A stretch of DNA of 32,000 bases from Cylindrospermopsis raciborskii Cr2010 (GTDB lineage: Bacteria; Cyanobacteriota; Cyanobacteriia; Cyanobacteriales; Nostocaceae): positions 2,640,001 through 2,672,000 of the forward strand of contig NZ_CP065936.1 of assembly GCF_003367075.2 (NCBI RefSeq), written 5' to 3'. This document shows, one piece after another, positions 27,787-32,000 of the stretch (the stretch's first letter is position 1; each line of letters opens with the position of its first letter). Position numbers and translations under genes: made by a program. The notes below the pieces were generated by a model that searched no databases, had not been told where the DNA came from, and saw only the letters and a program-made list of their open reading frames with translations.

Positions 27787-30700
27787 ATGGCACTAGTAGG
27801 AATTTCAATTGAAAATGAGTTTTATGCGCCTTATTATGTAGATACCTTGCTGAGTAAAGATGTAGATGTAAAAAGCAAAGAAACTGAAGAGAAACCAGCT
27901 TATGAGCTTTTGGAAAAAATACAACAAGAGTATTTTCAGGTTCGGAATAGGGTAGAAAGAACTACAAACCAACAAGAGAAGTATGAATTACAAAGTGATT
28001 TAATAAGAAAGCTATTATCTATTTTAGGCTATGAATATAAAATAGATTTTAAGTTATTAGATGACGATAGAATATTACCTATTGTGGCGGAGGTCAAGAA
28101 AAACTCTGGCGAACCCTACGTGTGGATATTATCTGCTTTTAATCTGGGTATAGAAACCAGTGATATTCTCTCTTTAGAAATAAATCAAGAGCAGATTAAT
28201 GAAATTAATTCCACCTACCTACTTAACAGTAAAGTTCAAAAGGGGAAAAAATCCTCCCGGGAACCACAAGTAGTACAAGGAAATTTAGAAGAGCTTTTAA
28301 ACGACGCTATTTTTGCCCAGAATGCACCCCCAAAATGGGTAATATTGATAAATATGGAGCAAATAGTATTAATAGACCGTTATAAGTGGAATGCTTCTCG
28401 ATTAATTAGATTTGATTTAGCAAAGTTATTAGAAGAAAGAGATAAGAAATCTCTCATGGTAACTGCTAACCTATTACATCGGGAATCTATTGTCCTAAAA
28501 GACGGTACTTGCTTATTAGATATAATAGAAGAAAAGAGCTACCGACATAGTTATAGTATTTCCGAAAACTTAAAGTTTGCCCTAAGAGAAGCCATTGAAA
28601 TACTAGGGAATGAGGCCATTTATTACTGGCAAAAGTCAGGAAAGAGAGTATTCGATAATCAAAAACAAAAAGAACAGGGTGTAGTAGAAATAGACCCTCA
28701 GCAATTAAAAAAAGAATGTTTAAGATGGATATATAGATTGCTATTTTTATTTTATATAGAAGCCAGACCAGACCTAGGATATATACCCATGGGATCTGAT
28801 GTTTACCGTCAAGGATATAGCCTAGAAGCATTGCGAGATGTAGAACTGGCTAAATTAACAGAAGAAGATGAAGAGAATTATTACCTAGATTGGTCAATTA
28901 GGTTACTCTTTGAATTGCTGTGGTCAGGCTATCCATTAGATAAACAAAAACAACTAACCACTGAAAACCCCTCTTTAGCTGATACACCCATTCATAAGAC
29001 CTTTCGTCTCCCCTCCTTGCAAAGTCATCTGTTTGATCCCAAAAACACAGAAATGCTAAACGAAGTTAAATTTCGTAATGTAGCCCTCCAAAAAATAATC
29101 CGGTTAATGTCCCTATCAACACAAGAGGGGAAAAGGGGGAGAATTAGCTACGCCCAACTAGGTGTAAACCAGTTAGGGGAAGTATATGAAGGTCTTTTAA
29201 GTCTTTCTGCCTTTTTGGCCCAAGAGGATTTATATGAAGTGCAACCGTGGAATAAAAAGGAATCTGGAGATGAGTCAGAAGAACAGGAAGAGGAAGACCT
29301 AGAAACTAATGAGAGGGGGAATGTAACCCGGGGGAAAACAGTAAAGGCCAAAGAGAATTTAAAACAAGATCTGGAAAAAGAGAATTTAAAACAAGATCTG
29401 GAAGTAGCATATTTTATTCCAGAACATCGGATGGATGAATTTAAGCAAGAGGAGTTGGTAATAGATTGGGAGAAAGGGGAATTTCGTAAACATCCCAAAG
29501 GGAAATTTTTGTTTCGGTTAGCTGGGAGAGATAGAGAAAAGAGTGCTAGTTACTATACTCCACAAAGTTTAACCAAATGTTTAGTTAAATATGCTTTAAA
29601 AGAACTATTAGAGGGTAAGCAAGCAGACGATATATTAGAGCTAACTATATGTGAACCTGCCATGGGGAGTGCAGCTTTTTTAAATGAGGTAATAGACCAG
29701 TTAGCAGAAACGTATTTGGAAAGGAAACAAAAAGAAAAAGGAGAGTTAATAAGTCATGAACAAGCCATGCGAGAGCAACAAAAGATTAAGATGCTCCTAG
29801 CCGATAGAAATGTATTTGGGATTGATAAAAATCCTATAGCCATGGAACTAGCAGAAGTATCCCTATGGTTAAATTGTATTTATGCGTCAGAAGCTGATAA
29901 AGATAACATATTTATTCCTTGGTTTGGCTTCCAGTTGCAGTGCGGAAACTCCTTAATAGGAGCCAGGAGACAAATCTACTACTTAAACAATATTACGGAA
30001 AAGAAAAAGAGCAAGAGTAGTAAAAATACCAAGTGGTATGAACAAGAACCAGAACAACTATCCTTGGGGAAAAATTTACCCAAAGGGGGAATTTTTCATT
30101 TTCTGTTGGGAGATCCGGGTATGGGGAACTATACAGATAAAATCATAAAAAAGATGACTGGGGAGAACCTCAAGAAAATAGATAATTGGCGAAAAGAGTT
30201 TTGTCAAGAATTAACAGACGAGCAAGGGAGCTATGCCCATACATTAAGTGAGAGAATTGATAAACTGTGGCATCATTATGCCCAAGAGTTAAAAAGAATT
30301 AGAAAAAGAACCACAGACAGTCTAAATATATGGGGACAGGAGGAAGAAAAAAAGCAAGAAATAGCCCTGGAGAAGAAAGATAAGATTCATGACCAGGAGA
30401 AACTTGCAGAAGGGATAGAGAACGCCACATCCTATAGGAGATTAAAGCTAGTCATGGACTACTGGTGCGCCCTTTGGTTTTGGCCCATAGAAAAAGCAGA
30501 GGAATTACCAGACAGAGAGCAGTTTTTTTGTGACCTAGCTATTATTTTAGGCGAAACAGAAATGTTGCTGGATAGTAACAGACAGCTATCTCTATTTCCT
30601 GAGACCCAAACCCCACAAGAGGGGGAAGAGTTTATTAATCAATGGGGATTTGTTAACTTAAACAAATTAAAGCAGAAGAATATTCGGTTACAGATAGTAG

Positions 30701-32000
30701 ATGAAGTTGTTAACAACCAGCGATTTTTCCATTGGGAACTAGAATTTGCAGATATATTTTGGGAGAGAGGAGGTTTTGACCTCATATTAGGAAATCCCCC
30801 CTGGATAAAGATGGAATGGAAAGAAGGGGGAATTTTAGGGGATTATGACCCCAGGATAGCCATCCGCAACCTATCAGCGAGTGAATTAGCGAAAAAGCGG
30901 GAGGAGCTTTTTGATAGACATCCTGGATTGAGGGCTGCATATATACAAGAGTATGAAGAGATAAGCGGAACCAAGAATTTTCTCAATGCGGAACAGAATT
31001 ATCCATTGCTAAAAGGGTCACAAACTAATTTATTTAAGTGTTTTTTACCCCAGGGGTGGAGATACACCAGAGAAGGAGGAGTGTCAGCTTTTTTACATCC
31101 TGAGGGGGTTTATGATGACCCCAAGGGGGGAAGGTTACGTAGGGCAATTTATCAGCGATTGCGTTATCATTTTCAGTTTCAAAATCAATATATTCTGTTT
31201 CCTATAGGACATAGGGTTAAATACAGTTTAAATGTCTATGGTTCAGAGAAATTACCTGAATTTACAACCATAGCTAACCTGTTTACCAGTAAAACCGTGG
31301 ATGAGTGTTTAGAGCATGATGGTAAGGGGGAGGTGAAAGGAATTAAAGATGAATCAAATAAGTGGAATGTACAGGGACACAAAGAGAGAATTATCACTGT
31401 AAATAGGGAGAGACTAAATCTATTTTCCCAACTCTATGATGATGAGGGAACCCCAGGGGAAGAAGCGCGACTGCCAACCTTACATTCCCAGCAGTTAATG
31501 GGGGTACTGGAGAAATTTGCAGCCCAAGAAAGGCGCTTAGGTGATTTACAGGGTGAGTATTTTGCTACAGAAATGTGGCATGAAACCAATTCGCAAAAAG
31601 ACCAAACTATTAAGCGTAACACCCAATTTGCCCAGGGTGCAGAACAGTTGATATTATCTGGCCCCCATTTCTTTGTGGGTAATCCTTTAAATAAAACCCC
31701 CAGAAAGGTTTGTAAGACCAAAAGTGATTATGATGTTATTGACCTGACCCAAATTCCCCCAGATTATCTCCCCCGCACCAATTACGTCCCAGACTGCACT
31801 CCCAGAGATTATCTTGACCGCACCCCCCGTGTTCCCTGGGGTGAGCAAAAACCCGTCACTGATTTTTATCGGGTTGCTTATAGAAGAAGGTTAAGTCAAT
31901 CGGGTGAAAGAACCTTAATCCCAGCAATTATCCCTAAACAAGTTGGACATGTTCATACTTGTATTTCTTTCACATTTGAAAATACCAAACATCTCATATC
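27787..32000 (+). CDS. Very large gamma-class N6-adenine DNA methyltransferase (DISARM DrmMI / PglX / Eco57I-like), 3'-incomplete at the window edge
   Basis: Not in the ORF track because it never terminates. I translated frame +1 from ATG 27787 (2 nt after the SNF2 stop) to 32000 and found no stop (>1,404 codons). AdoMet motif I LTICEPAMGSAAFLNE (~29640) and catalytic motif IV DLILGNPPWIK (~30780), with YYTPQSL upstream, are typical of Eco57I/PglX-type enzymes. Confidence 0.85.
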   Translation, partial: MALVGISIENEFYAPYYVDTLLSKDVDVKSKETEEKPAYELLEKIQQEYFQVRNRVERTTNQQEKYELQSDLIRKLLSILGYEYKIDFKLLDDDRILPIVAEVKKNSGEPYVWILSAFNLGIETSDILSLEINQEQINEINSTYLLNSKVQKGKKSSREPQVVQGNLEELLNDAIFAQNAPPKWVILINMEQIVLIDRYKWNASRLIRFDLAKLLEERDKKSLMVTANLLHRESIVLKDGTCLLDIIEEKSYRHSYSISENLKFALREAIEILGNEAIYYWQKSGKRVFDNQKQKEQGVVEIDPQQLKKECLRWIYRLLFLFYIEARPDLGYIPMGSDVYRQGYSLEALRDVELAKLTEEDEENYYLDWSIRLLFELLWSGYPLDKQKQLTTENPSLADTPIHKTFRLPSLQSHLFDPKNTEMLNEVKFRNVALQKIIRLMSLSTQEGKRGRISYAQLGVNQLGEVYEGLLSLSAFLAQEDLYEVQPWNKKESGDESEEQEEEDLETNERGNVTRGKTVKAKENLKQDLEKENLKQDLEVAYFIPEHRMDEFKQEELVIDWEKGEFRKHPKGKFLFRLAGRDREKSASYYTPQSLTKCLVKYALKELLEGKQADDILELTICEPAMGSAAFLNEVIDQLAETYLERKQKEKGELISHEQAMREQQKIKMLLADRNVFGIDKNPIAMELAEVSLWLNCIYASEADKDNIFIPWFGFQLQCGNSLIGARRQIYYLNNITEKKKSKSSKNTKWYEQEPEQLSLGKNLPKGGIFHFLLGDPGMGNYTDKIIKKMTGENLKKIDNWRKEFCQELTDEQGSYAHTLSERIDKLWHHYAQELKRIRKRTTDSLNIWGQEEEKKQEIALEKKDKIHDQEKLAEGIENATSYRRLKLVMDYWCALWFWPIEKAEELPDREQFFCDLAIILGETEMLLDSNRQLSLFPETQTPQEGEEFINQWGFVNLNKLKQKNIRLQIVDEVVNNQRFFHWELEFADIFWERGGFDLILGNPPWIKMEWKEGGILGDYDPRIAIRNLSASELAKKREELFDRHPGLRAAYIQEYEEISGTKNFLNAEQNYPLLKGSQTNLFKCFLPQGWRYTREGGVSAFLHPEGVYDDPKGGRLRRAIYQRLRYHFQFQNQYILFPIGHRVKYSLNVYGSEKLPEFTTIANLFTSKTVDECLEHDGKGEVKGIKDESNKWNVQGHKERIITVNRERLNLFSQLYDDEGTPGEEARLPTLHSQQLMGVLEKFAAQERRLGDLQGEYFATEMWHETNSQKDQTIKRNTQFAQGAEQLILSGPHFFVGNPLNKTPRKVCKTKSDYDVIDLTQIPPDYLPRTNYVPDCTPRDYLDRTPRVPWGEQKPVTDFYRVAYRRRLSQSGERTLIPAIIPKQVGHVHTCISFTFENTKHLI

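Noticed and set aside
18330-31721. Antisense or nested ORFs inside the defence genes and the IS: 18330-18515, 20711-20905, 21044-21283, 22017-22226, 22950-23240, 23158-23520, 23635-23898, 24152-24658, 27358-27543, 27438-27635, 28487-28831, 29148-29498, 31434-31721.
   Set aside because: They lie opposite or out of frame to long ORFs with strong motif support. They are Leu/Ser/Phe-rich, as expected from the antisense of AT-rich, Lys/Glu-rich coding sequence.

Overview
Cyanobacterial (Nostocales-like) chromosome: ndhC-K-J, rubA-ycf48 and trpB are present, and HIP1 octamers (GCGATCGC) occur at 492-499, 17166-17173 and 21274-21281 among other sites. The window has three parts.

(1) 1-6.9 kb is mostly conserved core. 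It holds a 3'-truncated DUF4276-like gene abutting trpB, then the ndhCKJ operon (minus strand), rubA-ycf48 (plus strand), a solitary C5-cytosine methyltransferase and a DUF2085-like membrane protein.

(2) 7-13.8 kb is an accessory, repeat-rich zone. It holds an internally deleted IS630-family remnant, a Uma2-family endonuclease, a small conserved ORF and four copies of a HIP1-associated small dispersed repeat. It also holds a 31-repeat CRISPR array (36-nt repeat) with no cas genes in the window. An intact-ended IS630 element has inserted into one spacer of that array.

(3) 13.8-32 kb is a co-directional defence operon whose parts resemble class 1 DISARM. The genes are a DExH helicase, a DUF1998/MZB protein, an SNF2 ATPase and a >1,400-aa N6-adenine methyltransferase that runs off the window. 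The order is non-canonical, and an extra UvrD-like SF1 helicase with a RelE/ParE-like N-terminus is translationally coupled into the operon. The DUF1998 protein carries an endonuclease-like domain, and no PLD gene is seen. The helicase/DUF1998 junction is either a 44-nt out-of-frame overlap or a frameshift. The SF1 helicase is cleanly split by an IS1634-family element with a 6-bp target duplication.

All family assignments rest on motif recognition by eye. No database search was run.
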